From Epithemia pelagica (taxonomy: Eukaryota > Protista > Bacillariophyta): a DNA stretch of 64,000 nucleotides. Under the pieces are notes generated by a model, which saw only the letters and a program-made list of their open reading frames with translations, was not told where the DNA came from and ran no database searches. Shown piece after piece: positions 44,169 through 57,700 of this stretch (its first letter is position 1; each line of letters opens with the position of its first letter). The translations under genes were made by a program, and so were the position numbers. The DNA is taken from assembly GCA_946965045.2 (NCBI GenBank), contig OX337240.1, positions 3,100,001-3,164,000 of the forward strand, written 5' to 3'.

Positions 44169-45619
44169 GAGTCTCCATCAGTGATGAGTAAACAAACCCT
44201 GGAGAGATGCTGCTCACCTAATAATGCAGGGAGGCATTTAAGAAAGACCCATCTGTAAAATGCGATAGTTTCATTCGGCATGAAGATCCTAGCCACAACA
44301 AAAGCTTTGCCATTTTGGTCTCTACCACAGATAAGCAGTAGTGGCCTTGCTTCATTGTTGGTTTTATGCGTCGAATCAATAAACAACACTTCGGGGTAGC
44401 GAAGGAATTGTTGATAACTCGCGTCGTCGACCCATGCAGCACCAAGTAAAACCTGGCCGTCATTCCCAAGACAATGATTCAAACTAGTAATAAGGTCTCT
44501 GTCTTGATATGGAGTTGCGTCCATGGGTGCGTTGACTTCTTCTTCATTTCCTTTTCTTGTGACATACTCGAGCTGGATGTGAGGAAGAGTCATGGCCTCT
44601 TCAACTTGAGACAGTGAAATTCGACCCCCTTTGGGAACACGACCCTTTGAATGTTTGTGGAATGTACCACTATTCTTCTTGCATGTAAGGAAACAATAGT
44701 GTAAATTGACAGCTGGATCAGCAGCTTTGCACCTCAACCATTTTACCATTTTGGCTGCTGTTGTGGAGTTTTCTCCATCACCCTCTGAATCATCCTGGAC
44801 CATTTGTATGCGGCGAACAGAACCTTTCGACACCAACTCGTTCTGGTGTTCAAGGACAAGACTTCTCATTGATGTTGATCCAACAGAAGCATTGCCACCA
44901 CTCTGAATCAGTTTCAGTGCTGCTGGACAGAGGTGACGCGTTTGGTGTGACAGCTCATTTGGGAGTGGTTTTGGATGATTGACGTGGATATTGTCACCAC
45001 AAGCTTGTTTGAGATATATATACCCATTCTCGCCCTCCTTTATCCCCAACCTAAGGCAAACTGAGCATAGAGACTCTTTTGAAGTGGGCAGACCTGTTGT
45101 TGTACTTCGAGATAACGTTCTCCCACCAACCCGGTTATTTGTTTTATCTCTGTGGTAAGTGTGTGAACGGATCCCAAGCTTGATTCCTCTGTTGTCAAAA
45201 TTCTTTGTATTTGTTTGCTGTGTTTGTGCTGGATTGTTTACAAGGGACTGTTTCTTGGCACTGGCATAGAGTCGACATCGGTGGCATCGCAATTCCATGC
45301 CTCGAGCACCACGGGACACTAAATTGGTTCCTTCTCGAAGAGCAGCCTTTTTCAGATCTTTAATCAGTAGCTGCAAACCTTCTTCTGTATTTGAATAATG
45401 TGTTCTGTCAAACACAACTTTGGGAATCGAAGCTGGTGTGCATCGCCTAAACTCCTGTTTGTTTGTGAATTGGAATAGCTCTATAGAGCCAGAGATTCCT
45501 TCCACACGAGAAAAGGTGAGAGTGGCTTTCCAGGATGCATTACTGGGATCGGAGGACGTCTCCAAGGTATTGGTATGGGTTGGACTGGAATCTGTTTGTG
45601 TCATGGTCGTACTATTCAA
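44169..45619 (-). pseudogene. MULE transposase, N-terminal half
   Basis: YPEVLFIDSTHKTNNEARPLLLICGRD...NETIAFYRWVF...LLITDGDS, cut at the insertion. Confidence 0.9.
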
Positions 45620-45928
45620 AAAGTGAGTGGTTGACCATCAAAGACTATTTCAAATGGCGATAAATGGCATGGCTGGCGTTTGGATTTGAAATGGTGTGGG
45701 GCTGGCGTTTTGGCATGGCTGGCGCTTTGGAGGAAAAAAAGGAAATGAGAAAAATTGCTGAGGAGCGAAGGACAGAAAATATACACCTCTTGAATCATAT
45801 CCAATAATGTGAGCCGAATGGGTTTGCTGGCTCGCCCATACGCGCAAGTCGGCATAATGTCGTTGGTCACGCCGGCGCGGTCTCACTCCGAGGATAACTC
45901 GCCTATGGATCGCTTGTATTGTACTCAA

Positions 45929-46600
45929 AGCTTGCTTCCGAGATAGAGGGGCGCGAGTCCTGTTCAACGATCCCTTGAAGCCGGCGACAATCCGGTAGGT
46001 GTAACAGTCTTATACACAGTGTCCAAAATGGATGCTGGTCCCATCATTGCTCAAAAGGAAGAAACGATCGATGATGTGAATTCGGACGATGCCACAGCCA
46101 CAAATGTTCTTCCGTGGCTCTTCGAGATTGGAACCGATTTGCTCATAGAAAAAATGCCGGATATTTTGTCGGGCGAAATGACTTTTGAAACAGCGCAGGC
46201 GCAGGATGAAGACCTAGTCGTTCAAGCCGCAATGATTGACTCATCAGAAGCTGAAATGAAACCGTGGGAGGAAACAGCTTCTGACTTACATAATCGCCTC
46301 AGAGGTTTTTCCATGTGGCCAGGTGCTTTCATGTATCTCGAGGTGGGAGAAGGGAGTGCACCTGTCAAGTATAAAATCCTTCAAACCCGTTTGTTAGATG
46401 AAAAGGCAGAAGCTCCCACAGATGCCATTGAACGAGGTCCTAGTAAAAAGGATGGCCTGCGTCCTGTTTGTTTTGACGGATCCATCTTGGAAATAAACCG
46501 CCTGCAGCCTGCAACCAAGAAGCCGGTAGATGCACTTTCCTTTATCAATGGACTTCAAGGACGAACTGTGCGATATGTTAAAACACCAGAAGATCAATAG
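45929..46600 (+). pseudogene. fmt: Methionyl-tRNA formyltransferase, C-terminal two-thirds only
   Basis: SLLPR*RGASPVQRSLEAGD...VGVT...SKMDAGPIIAQ...HNRLRGFSMWPGA...NRLQPATKK. In-frame TAG at 45944-45946; the N-terminal domain was not found in the window. Confidence 0.85.
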
Positions 46601-46965
46601 ATTTTAAGTTTCAATGTTTCAACGTTATTTACTTTCTATTCAAAGCAAATTCGTTAACTTCTGTTATCATTATGACATGATGAATACTTTCGGTTCAATC
46701 GGATGAATCAATTAACCCATCTCGATCATCAACCGTACGACGCACGGACCTACTACACGTAGGACGTACCGCATCGTCCCTTTTTGGGATAAACGAGATT
46801 TTTTCGAAGATTTCTGAATCAGTCACATTTCATTTTCCTCCATTTTCATCGTCGCTACACTATTGACAAGTCAACGCTACAAACTCTTCTGAGCGCAACC
46901 AAAGCGGTCTAATGAACCTTTTTGGATCCAAACCAAACATTAGATCCTTCCTTCTCCTATCCACA

Positions 46966-48221
46966 ATGGTTGTCACTCGATCTGGACGCGGGGGATCCAG
47001 TCGGGGGCTGACTTCTGTTTCCGGTTTCGTCTCTTCTTCTTCTCGGAAAACCCGTCAGTCAAAAGCAAATGTTATTACCCGTCGTTCAACGACGAACACT
47101 TCGAAGCCATCCCTTGACGGAAAACTCTCCGCATCAAAGTTTCCAAAACCAAAACATTCGAAAAAACCCAACGGAAAACCCAGAAAGTCAACGAAAACGG
47201 CTGAAACGACGAAAGATCGGCCAAAGACAACCATTCTCGACACAAAGCAGCACAACGTCCCAGAAAATAGTAAAGATGGTGAACCTAATCTCCTACGTCG
47301 CTACCAGAAGATGTCATCGTTGGAGAGTTACGTAAGCGACCATCTAGACGAAATCGATCCCCATATGTGGGAGACGTCTGGTTAGAGTCTGAGCAACGCG
47401 AGGCTATAGTCCATTTGCCCAATCTTGATATGGGAGGAAAATGCGTACCGGGTGCTAAACTATTGCTCAAGCCAGCTCGAGACAGAAAGGGAAATTTAGT
47501 TGGGAAAGACGCCGTGAGTCCAAAGTATGGAACGCCAAAGTGTGAATTTATAGCCCAACTCCTACGGTATGACGAATCCGATCTCGGATACGAGCCAGCG
47601 TGGGTCGGTGCTCATCCGTCACTCGGAGAGAAAATCGCTGAGCAACTGGTTGGTCGAAATCTTCTAGGGCCAAATTTTCCAAGGGTTAAGAGTTTCAAGC
47701 GAGAGGTTCGCAATGTCGGCGGAACTGATATGAGAGCGGATTTCCTGATCGAACACGAAGATTCTACTCTGCCTCCTCGTATATTGGAAGTCAAAACCGT
47801 TGTGGATACGGATTATTCTCCACAGTCCGTCCCCGAACGAACAAAATGTGTCTTTATGAGCGATGAAGTGCCATATCGGAGGACCGCAATTTTTCCCTGG
47901 GGAAATTCAAACCAAAAAGGGCCCGATGGAGAAGCCGTCGTTTCGGCACGTGCTATCAAACACGTCCGTGAGCTTACTCGAATGGTTTTGGACGACGATA
48001 TAAACTTTGACTGCACGGTTTTATTTGTAGTGATTCGTCATGATGCAAAGGCCTTTCGTCCTAATGTGGACGCGTGCCCATCTTTTGCCAAGTATGTTAG
48101 AGAGGCTAAGGACGCAGGTGTTCAGATTCTTGCCAAGCAGGTTGCATGGGGTGAAGAAGTAGAAAACGTTGGAAAATGTTACGAGGGGAAGCTATTGGAC
48201 ATTTCTTGGCCTCGAAGGTGA
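46966..48221 (+). CDS. sfsA: SfsA-family nuclease with a basic low-complexity N-terminal extension
   Basis: KRPSRRNRSPYVGDV, HLPNLDMGG, MRADFLI, ILEVKTV, ARAIKHVREL and FRPNVDACPSFAKYVREAKDAGV. The frame break near 47296 is either an indel or a 38-nt GT-AG intron (47270-47307). Confidence 0.8.
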
Positions 48222-49026
48222 AGTAGAGTGGATTTTTAAAATGGTTCAGGCAGCGACGGGGCAGCAAGCAGACAGGTGCTGCCGGACACCAGACAGGAAT
48301 CGTCCCGATTTCCAACTACAGCAGTAAAGAAGATTCAGAGGCTATGTTAATTCATTTTCAGAGAAAAATTTAATGTTATTATTTGGAATGAAATCATGAT
48401 CTTGAGGATAATACGTGCACAAAACTTTTCTAGTAGATAGTTGTGGTGAGAAGAAGAAGAGCAAACAAATTGTAGCTAGGAGGTCATCAAAACTTTTCAA
48501 ACGTGCACCTATTGAGTCGGAACGTGCGTGCTGAACACGCTTGTTGCAGTCACCCAAAATAATCAAAATTTCGAGCCAGCTCATCAGAACACCTCGTTAT
48601 TTCACAAAACAATCTTTCTGATCAGAGTGGGAATCCAATGTAATTTCGACTAGAGGTAGCTAACATGATACTTTGGAAACACTCGTTTCATTGCTGTCTT
48701 GAACAGAGCCATTTCTTATGCCTACCTACTCTATCCGCAACAACGATTACTTGGGTACAGTTTGTTGTCAAATGGATTCCCTAGAATCTTCCATAGGACG
48801 TGAGAACAAAAGTCAATCAGGTGCTCGGTCGTGCCGTCTGGTGGCATCTGCTGTGGTCTCTTTGGGTTCGATCTACCTAGAAGTTGGTAGAAGTCTTCTT
48901 GTTTGACCAAAATGATGGGGCATGTATCTTATGCAAAGCAATGTACAAACAAACGAACGCTTTCTAACCACTCGGTAGGTCTTTCTGTCGAACTCATGTG
49001 CATATTAGGTCGCTGTTCCTGGTGAG

Positions 49027-52000
49027 TCAATGCTCCTGGTGTTGCTCATGCGGTTCCTCCGACGTCATTGTTATCGGTACAGCGGACGAGGGCGACATTA
49101 GATGGGGTGACGACAAGGACGAAGGCCCGCCACGCACCAATAAGGCATTCGGTCGGTCTGCCAGTCCCGGCGTTCCAAGCGCAGGGACCGACGTACGACG
49201 AAGGGTCGAGGAGGAACCAGTAGCATTTCGTCCACTTCCGAGGGACCAATGACGGAGAGGACCACGTCCTCCTCCCGGCGGGGTTCGTACTCCCATTGCC
49301 ATCATTGCAGCGCCACCTGTTTTGGGAAGAGGTGTACTGTGAAAACTTGTGGGAGTTTGAGGTGTCGACCAAGTCTGACGACTGCCAGGATTACCACTGC
49401 TCGACAGGTGGCTGCCACTGGTTGTTGTTTGGTAGCTATTGTGGTGATGTTGTTGCTGCTGTTGGTACTGCAAAAAGCTTTTGGGTGTACCAGTGGAGTC
49501 ATGGAAGCCGCTGGTCATGGAATTTTTACGCGATGCACATGGCGTGGTTGGGGCATCATGGGGTGATGATGGGGCTTCCAGTCCTTGTTGTTGTTGTTGT
49601 CGACGTAGCTTGAAACTATAGTGATGCATTTGTTCAATCCATGATAGCGTCAAGCTAGCTCGTCGTTCCAATACTGTTTCGCCGCCACCTTCAGCACTAG
49701 TGGCTCCTGTGGTTACCACTCCTCTACGTGAAGTTCGCCTGGGACTTTGCAGGACGACGTGATTTGTCTCTGGCTGGGTCGATACTAGACCGTCCTCCTC
49801 TTGTGAACGCATTGTGGATGATGAATCATTCGGATCCTTGCTCTTGTTCCGGTCTACACTTGTTGTTCCGGCTTCCTCATCGTCATCGTCCTCTCGTTGC
49901 AGTACCAGGGTGCTAGTGGCGCTAGAGGAAAAACCACCGCCGGTTGTACCCCAAAAACCACCGCCGGTTGTACCCCAATACTCTTCATCGTCTCCAAACG
50001 ACTCTGTGACACTGGAAACATCCAAGACGTCTTGGGCATTGGTATCAAAATTTCCAATGTTGCGACCTTCGTGTTCCGACCGTACTTGGTAGACTCCGGG
50101 TGCCGCTCGTGTCACGGCTGGATTGTGGTGTGGTGGAGAATCGGCTGCCCCCCAGGACCACAATCGCAACCGATTGTTGGATCGAGAACGAGTCAGAGAG
50201 GAAGCAATGGCATCAAAGGGTGCCATCAAGTCCGCATTGGGCAGCATTCCTTCTGAAGTTGTTGGATGTCGCGCTGTCTGTTGTTCCGACAGTATGGCCC
50301 TAGTAGGTTCCTTACCTTCGTGGTTCTCGTGTTCCTCCTCCTGTTGGTGCTGAGCATTGACCGACTCCATGGTACCCGATACTGAGGACTTGAGGTTGTA
50401 CTGTTGGTACCAGGAATAGGCGACCACCACGGCATTCCAAAATCCATGCAATGGAGTCAGGAGAGCCACGACGACCCAGAGCGCAAACCGATTGTAGTCA
50501 TTGTCGTTTTGGTTGTCGTCGTCGTCGTCGTCATGCTCCTCGGTTCTCATGGAAACCAGCTGCGCCACAGCGATCCAGGTCCACGAACAGGTCAGAGAGA
50601 GCAAGAAGCCAATGCAAGAAGCCACCATGACACGATTCGAAGAGAAAAAGGGAATGTGTGGTGGTTCTTCTTGCCGGCATTGGTGTTGCCGTGAGTATTG
50701 TTCTGTACTGGTGTTACACCGAACGAGGCCACTGGATGCGGATAACGGCTGTTCTGCTCGGTGACATGGTGGAGGTGTCGTCGGCGAGGTTGCCAGCTCG
50801 GGATTCTGGTGCTGGTTGTGGATTGGCGGGGGTGGTGGTGGTGATGATGATTGGGCGAGTAGAACTAGAGGCGGCGTGGACGGTACAAAGGTTCCTCGTG
50901 CCGCAACCGAGGATCCTCGACGAGGAGCACGAGCTGCCACAAAGGAGAAGGACGGTCCTCCCGTTCTGGGAGCAGTATTGGGATTGGCGTACCCATAATA
51001 CTCAGTATTGTTCTGGTGGTGGGGAGGAAATGGCGCATCATCCCCAGAAACCACAGGCGGCTGGTGTGCCGGCACGGCGGGCAGAACCGTGGTCACCAAT
51101 TCATGCACGGCAATGGAGGAACCTCGCCGAAAGGCTCGAATTCGCTCTTGTCGTGCTTGTTGTTGGCCTTGGTCATTGAACCATTCTTCATTGGTGGCCT
51201 GTTGTTGACCCTCTTGGGCGGGAGGATAATGAGGTGGGGGACCGCTGGCTGCCATCGGGTCGGCGCCCATGACGACACCCACCCCACTGGGAGCATGGCA
51301 GAGATTGGAACTGCTACCAGCCGCAGTGTGGAAATGGTGGGAGTGTTCAAGGCCACTGCTGCTGCTGTTGTCTGCTGATTGGGTATGATTCGAGCCGCGA
51401 GGAAAAACACCTGCTGTTGCCAGTGTGGTGGTTGGCATGACGGGCAAGGAATGTTGTCGCAGCACCAACAATTGTTGTTGTTGTTGCTGCTGCTGTTGAC
51501 GATCTCGTAGTCGTTGTTGGCGGGGAGACAAGGGAGCTTGAATCGAATGCTGTAGTTCGTGATTATTGGGTGGTGCGTTGCTTCTTCGAAAGGAGGAACT
51601 TAGCGATTGCGAAAGAATTCGCATGATATCCGTATTATTGTTGTTATGGGCCGAACCCGTGGCAAGATGGTCCCGATTCGTCTTGGAATGGTCGTCGTCA
51701 TCGGAAGGAGGATTGGAATTGGGAGAGGGACACAAGGATGGTACAGGAACATGACGATCGTCCAAGTCATGAGGAGGATCCTCTCTTTCGTTCTCCTTCA
51801 GTTTGGACGCTTGTTCTGCTTCTTGTTGTTGTTGTTTGTGAACCTTTGCAAGGTCTTGTGGTGGTTGGCTATTTGTCGTCCTGGTTGGACTGCCCTGCAC
51901 CAACATCCACACCACGACGCCCAGTGTCCAAACGATGGCCAATCCCAGGGGAAGAATGAAAAGAAGGAGTGCTGGTAGGTACGACACTGATGATGACGAG

Positions 52001-52547
52001 GATGAGGATGCTGGAATGGAGCACACCCAAAACAGTCCACCATCCTCAACGTGGCCCCCTTGATAAAAGGGAAGACCGGCCGCCGCAATCGTAAGGGCCA
52101 ACAAGGCCGGTACAGCCCACCACCCCATCAGTGAAATAAGAAGAAGGCGAGTGCCAGAATGATTGGTTGGTGGAAGGAAGGACGAGCACCAGAGGACCAT
52201 CATCATGGACCGTCGTCGTCGATGATGTTGTGGTTGGTGTGGTTGCTGTTGTAATGTGCCTCGTGGAGAGGAGGAGGATGACGCCGACGGAGGTTGTAGG
52301 CCTACTGCATCCGGAGTAGTAGTAGCGTTGCTGGGTTGTTCTCGAGAACCGTCTTCCATGCCGGATAATTGTGGTTGTGTTTGTGGTTGTGTACATGGTA
52401 CTGCTGCATTATTCTCACCGTCTGCAGGCTTGGTCGAATCGTTCTCCTGTATCTTCTTGTTCATCCAACGAGCACACCACGAGATCAAGGCCACGGTATA
52501 AAAAATGGCTGGAAATGGAGAGAGAAGCCAGTCCATTTCGAAACACC

Positions 52548-52614
<67 letters not shown>

Positions 52615-52615
52615 A

Positions 52616-52652
<37 letters not shown>

Positions 52653-53738
52653 AAGAGAAAGAGAAAGAGAAAGAGAAAGAAACAAGAGAGAAAGAACGAG
52701 AATCAGTATTGTTCTAGAGTATCCACACGAACGCAACGTGGTGGATAGGTTCGCCAAGGAGGTATCCATGCGAGTATAGAATAGTGATGGAAGACTCCAA
52801 ACCAAAGTACAGCAACAAACAACAAGACGCTAGTGGAGCCAAAGGTCCAGAGGTCAACAACAAGGAGGATTGTATATGGTTTGGTTTGGATGGATGGATT
52901 CAAGCAACATCAATACCAATAACAAGAAACGAAACCAAGAGAACGTACCGGCCATGCTCCCCCAGTGCAAGACAAATCCTTGGAGCGTGCACGTGGTAGA
53001 AGTCCCTCGGGCTCCCCACAAATGGTCGGAGGAGTCGTCGTTTTTTTTCACGGGCCAACTGGCCCACACCAAGGCCAAGGACGCCAAACAGGTGGAGAGC
53101 GAAGTGGCCACAAACAAGCCATGAGGAATGAAACGCCATAAGGAGGAGGAGGAAGATGGTTGGTTGGGGCTGATAGCGCCGGTGTCAAGTGGCTGTTCCA
53201 GAGTCGTTGTTTGATGTGGTGATAAAGAGGACGTTGGTTGTGATCGCTGTTGTTGTTGTTGTTGTTCTTGTTGTTTTTGCCAACCAACAATCCCCACGAC
53301 CAGAGTGGCCACGGAGGCCACGAGACTGAGCAGGGCGGCACACCGCGTGCACCACACCAAGGTTTGTTCGTGACAGGTGTTCTTCTTCTTGTTTGTGGTA
53401 GTATCGGATAAGTGTCGTTTTGTGGTTGTGGTAGTATTAGTTGTTTTTGTGGATGCCGTCCCTTGATGTGTTGTTGTTGCCGCATCAAGCGAAGAAGGGG
53501 TAGGCAAGACTGTGGGTGAGATTGTGGTTTGTTGGAGTGTTGTTGTTCTTGTGGTTGTTCTGGTTGTGGATGGGATTGGAAAAGGGGCCGCGTCGACGAC
53601 TCCCACGGATGGGTTCCAGAACAACAACAACAACACGCCTGCTACGAGTGCGGCAGTCCGCACTGAGCAAGAACCATCCAGGTGGTGAAGGAACCCTGTC
53701 GTGGTACGGCGGTGCCGTCGTTGCCGCTTGTCGGCCAT
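49027..53738 (-). CDS. GPCR-like 7TM protein, join(53738..52949,52508..49027), 1423 aa
   Basis: A phase-1 GTACGT...TTTCCAG intron rebuilds TM3 as CTLQGFVLHWGSMAAIFYTVALISW. Signal-like segment, TM1-7, TM7 LTPLHGFWNAVV. Confidence 0.8.
52548..52680. repeat. (GA)n / (GAGAAA)n microsatellite in the 7TM intron
   Basis: Direct reading of the sequence. Confidence 0.97.
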
Positions 53739-54322
53739 GGTGGTGGTCCCACACTAAACTCTTGCTCCGTTTTTTGAATGAGGGTTTGTTGGGGAACGAT
53801 ATAGCAATGTCTTGGGTATGGTATTCGGTACTCGTTACTATGCCCCGTTCCATGTGCCAATGTCCAAAGTCACTGGTTGGGCTGGGATCGATGAATCTTT
53901 GTTGGGCCTGACATGGCATCCGCGACCGATGTGGTTCCCACGACTCCCGTGTCAGACTGACGGATGGACGGACGCTGATGCCACGTGTCCGAACTGTGTT
54001 TGACGGGCACTGGGTCTGCCCGTGCGCCCTTTTTTCCACGGCTGTTGCTGTTGGTGTGATTGGTGGAAGCCGTTCTGCCCTTGAGATGGTTCCTCTTGAA
54101 CTTGAAGGGCGTTTGGTTCCGTTCGTGTGGTTCTTCATGGCGTGGTCGGTTTGGCCATGTTCTGTTTCACATTGCCTCTTTTCTTGTGTCGTCTTGTGTG
54201 TTGTGTTCCCCCATTCTTCTTCTTCTCCTGGTTAGAAGAGCCACCAACGATACAAACCCAACCCAGAGGACACTGCTGGGTTGAAAAAAGAGGTCCAGAA
54301 ATACTACTCGAGTGGTAATAGA

Positions 54323-54715
54323 ATGGCGTGGTTCTGTTGTGGTTCTTCTTCATTATCATCGTCGTCATCGTCGTCATCGTCTTTTTGGACTGGAGGTTGT
54401 CGTCGTGGAGTCTGGATGATACTCAGTGTGGTGTGGACGACCACGGGCTTGATGCGCATGGCCGTGGGGGCCGCAACTACTCCTCCTGGTGCGACTACGA
54501 GTGCGGAATCGCCGCCAGTATCATCCTCCTTCTTGCCAACCACACGGCCCGTTCCATCATCATCGTTGGCCGACGAAACGAGATTACCACCTTCTGTTGC
54601 TTCTTCTTCCTTTCAGAATGTCAAGCGAGAACCAAAGCAACAACCACAACAAGAACAAGAACAACAACCGGAACAGAAAGAAGAAGAAGAAGAAGAAGAA
54701 GAAGAAGAAGAAGAA

Positions 54716-54752
<37 letters not shown>

Positions 54753-57700
54753 TCGAGTTGGAGGAACCAGACAAGGCTCCGTCCTCTTCTGCTTCTGCTG
54801 CGTCTTTGTTGACACGTGCACCACATTCCAAAGGACCAACGTTCCACGATGACAACGACAACGACGAAACCACCAGGAATCCTTCTCGACCAGACGCTTC
54901 CTTGTCACATTCTTCCTCATTACCATCCTCCTCATCATCCTCGCCACCCCTCTTGATTGTGTGTTTGGTCGATGGAAGCCTCTATGCCTTGAATGCCTGG
55001 ACCGGAGAATTGCAATCCTCCTACTCGGCCGGTCCCCCCTTGGTACAACAACCACAATCACAATCGCAAGCACAAGCACAACAGTCGTTGGATGATGGGG
55101 AACAACAAGAACAGGACTGGGAACCACAACAAGAACATGAACATGAAGAAGAAGATTGGGAGGACAATGACGACGAATTTTGTAATTGGGACAGTTGGGA
55201 CTACCAAATGGAGGACGACAACAACGACAACATCCATCTGGAGGACAATCCCAATCACCACCAACAAGAACAGGACGAGGATCCGATCCATGACTCGACG
55301 ACGACGACGACGACGACGACGACTTCAGATGCCCTTCGCATTCATCCAGGGTTGGATGGTCAATTGTATTATTGGCAACCAGCATCTCACCACCATTCCA
55401 ACCATGACGACCATGACAATGACCAACACGATAATGATGGGGTCTTGCAACCCCTACCGCTGTCCATGTCCTCCTTGTTGGAACATCCCGTGCAAACCTG
55501 TTCTTCCACGACAACGACAAGTCGCAAAAAGGAGTGTGGCATTTTGACAGCATCCGTGGCCCAAACTACCTTGCTCGCCGTTGACGCCACGACGGGAGCC
55601 TTGCAATGGACCAGTCACAGTCATGCTCCATCCAATACCAATGGCAATGCCAATCCGGAACCAGTTCGGAAGGACAACGATTCGTCCACACCCGCCGTGT
55701 TGCTGCTCCAACGCAAAGATTTGGTCGTCCAACACGTGTCCTTGGCCACGGGACAGTGCTTGTGGAATGTCACGGTGGGATCCTATCAAGCCATTGACTT
55801 TTCAGCAGCCACTGAGAATGCCCCCCGAACCTCTTCCTCGGCACACGTTCCGCTCTTGAAATTTGCCAAGGGCGGTCGTGCCCTGTACGCCTTGGCAGCA
55901 GCCCCCGAGGAGGAAAACGACGAGGCATTCAAAGTCTTGTGGAAGATTGAATCCCCACATGTCGTGGCATCCGTCTTTGGCATGAATCGCCAGCAATGGC
56001 AACCGATTCAAGTCTTGCAGGAGGATGACGACGAAGAGGAGGAGGAAGAAGAAAAAGACAAACCCAACACTCCACCACAAGACAAGAATGGCGAATGGAA
56101 CGAGGCTTTTACCAAGGGTCCATGGACCAGATTTTTGCCAGCCTCGTCTTCTTCTTCTTCTTTCTCCTCTTCCTCCTCCTCCTTGTTTTCGTCCTCCTGG
56201 ATAGACTCGTGGCGACAAGAACAACAACAACAACAACAAGGCAGATCGCAAGCACTCTTGTCCTTGCCGGCAGGAGAGCCTCAACAAGAGCGTTCCGGCG
56301 ACTCGCACCACACCCAAGACTCTACCAATCCACTCAACAAGGTCAACCACAACAACAACAACAACAACAACGAACCACAACCGGATGCGGATCCGTTGCA
56401 ATATTACCACTTTCATCCGGGGCACTGTCGCAATGGTGCGACGGGAACCACCTGTCTTGCGTCCTTTGCCACTTCACCACCGTCACCACCAATCACAACG
56501 CCATTCTCGACGAATCTAGTACAGCAACAACACGAACAACACGAACAATGGATGCAAGCGACTCGGAGAGGGATTGTCCTAGTGGCACACTTGTTGGTAC
56601 TGGTAGGAGGCGTGTTGTTGTGGAAACGGCGACGACGACGCCAACAGTCGCAGTCGAGAACCACAACTAGTCATCACACGTTTGCCCCGGGGATTCGGTC
56701 CGTGTCACTCGAGGCATTGGCCGAATCCTCGTCTCGGTCACATGGTCCATCCAGCAGTATCAGCTTTCCAGGAGCCATTCCCACACGTTCCAAAAACAAC
56801 CAGCATGTCCCTCCAACAACCACCGAAGCAGAATCACTTCTGGAGGACCCGCAGGGCAATTCCGGAACAGTCCCAGAACCGCACGAGTCCAAAAATAGTG
56901 TCAACGCCACTTCCAGTGACGCCTCTGCCGCATCAACAACCCCCAAACCCCCAGTCGTGGACCAGGAGAACGTTCCGGCTCGGCCTGCTGCGGCCACGGC
57001 CGTGATTCCGCATCCAACCGGGGAGGGTACCTCCACAGTTCCCCTCGTTCAATATGCCCGCTATGCCTCGGAATTTGAAGAGTTGGAATCCTTGGGTCAG
57101 GGTGGATTTGGCAGTGTCGTACGGTGTCGGAACAAATTGGATGGTCGCGATTATGCCATTAAAAAGGTCATGTTGCGAGGACCGGTCCAGTCGTCGTCGG
57201 AGCAGCAGCAGCAGCAGCAACCGGCCTGGGCGGCTCGCAACGCGCAATGGCGCTTTCAACAAGAATTGGCTCGTGTCTTGCGAGAAGTCAAAATTTTGGC
57301 CGTCTTGGATCATCCCAATATCGTTCGATACTTTACCGCATGGTTGGAAATGGATGTCGAATCGTCGTCGTCGACAACGACATGCTCCGAGCAGCCACCT
57401 GGCTCGACTCGTGGCAAGGATCCCAACGAGGAACGGAATAGTAGTCGAGTCGAACAGGATTTGTCCAGTGTCTTGTCCTCCCGACAACCAGGCACTGGCG
57501 AGACTCCAAGTCATCAAGCGTCCTCCTCCATGTGGCGTTCTCGTTTGGGTGGTCGATGGGTACAATCCAATGTTAACACACCATCTTGGACGACAAACGA
57601 CGAGTCCTCCCTCCGGTACCGACCAAACAATAACTCATACTCCACCACTGCTGCATGGGAAGATCAACAACGGGCTGCGGCCGCCATTGCCGCCTCGTTG

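Larger units (their letters stand above)
26173..45796 (-). mobile_element. Old MULE/Mutator element, split by a 14.2-kb insertion
   Basis: Transposase halves at 44169-45619 and 28476-30005. Degenerate inverted termini at 26173-26198 and 45771-45796 (21/26 identical). No TSD found, so the boundaries are tentative. Confidence 0.6.

Noticed and set aside
52369-52805. ER/RE/LS-repeat ORFs
   Set aside because: They are translations of the intronic microsatellite.
53485-54377. ORFs between the 7TM gene and the kinase
   Set aside because: They lie in the shared upstream region or overlap the 7TM exon, and have no protein features.
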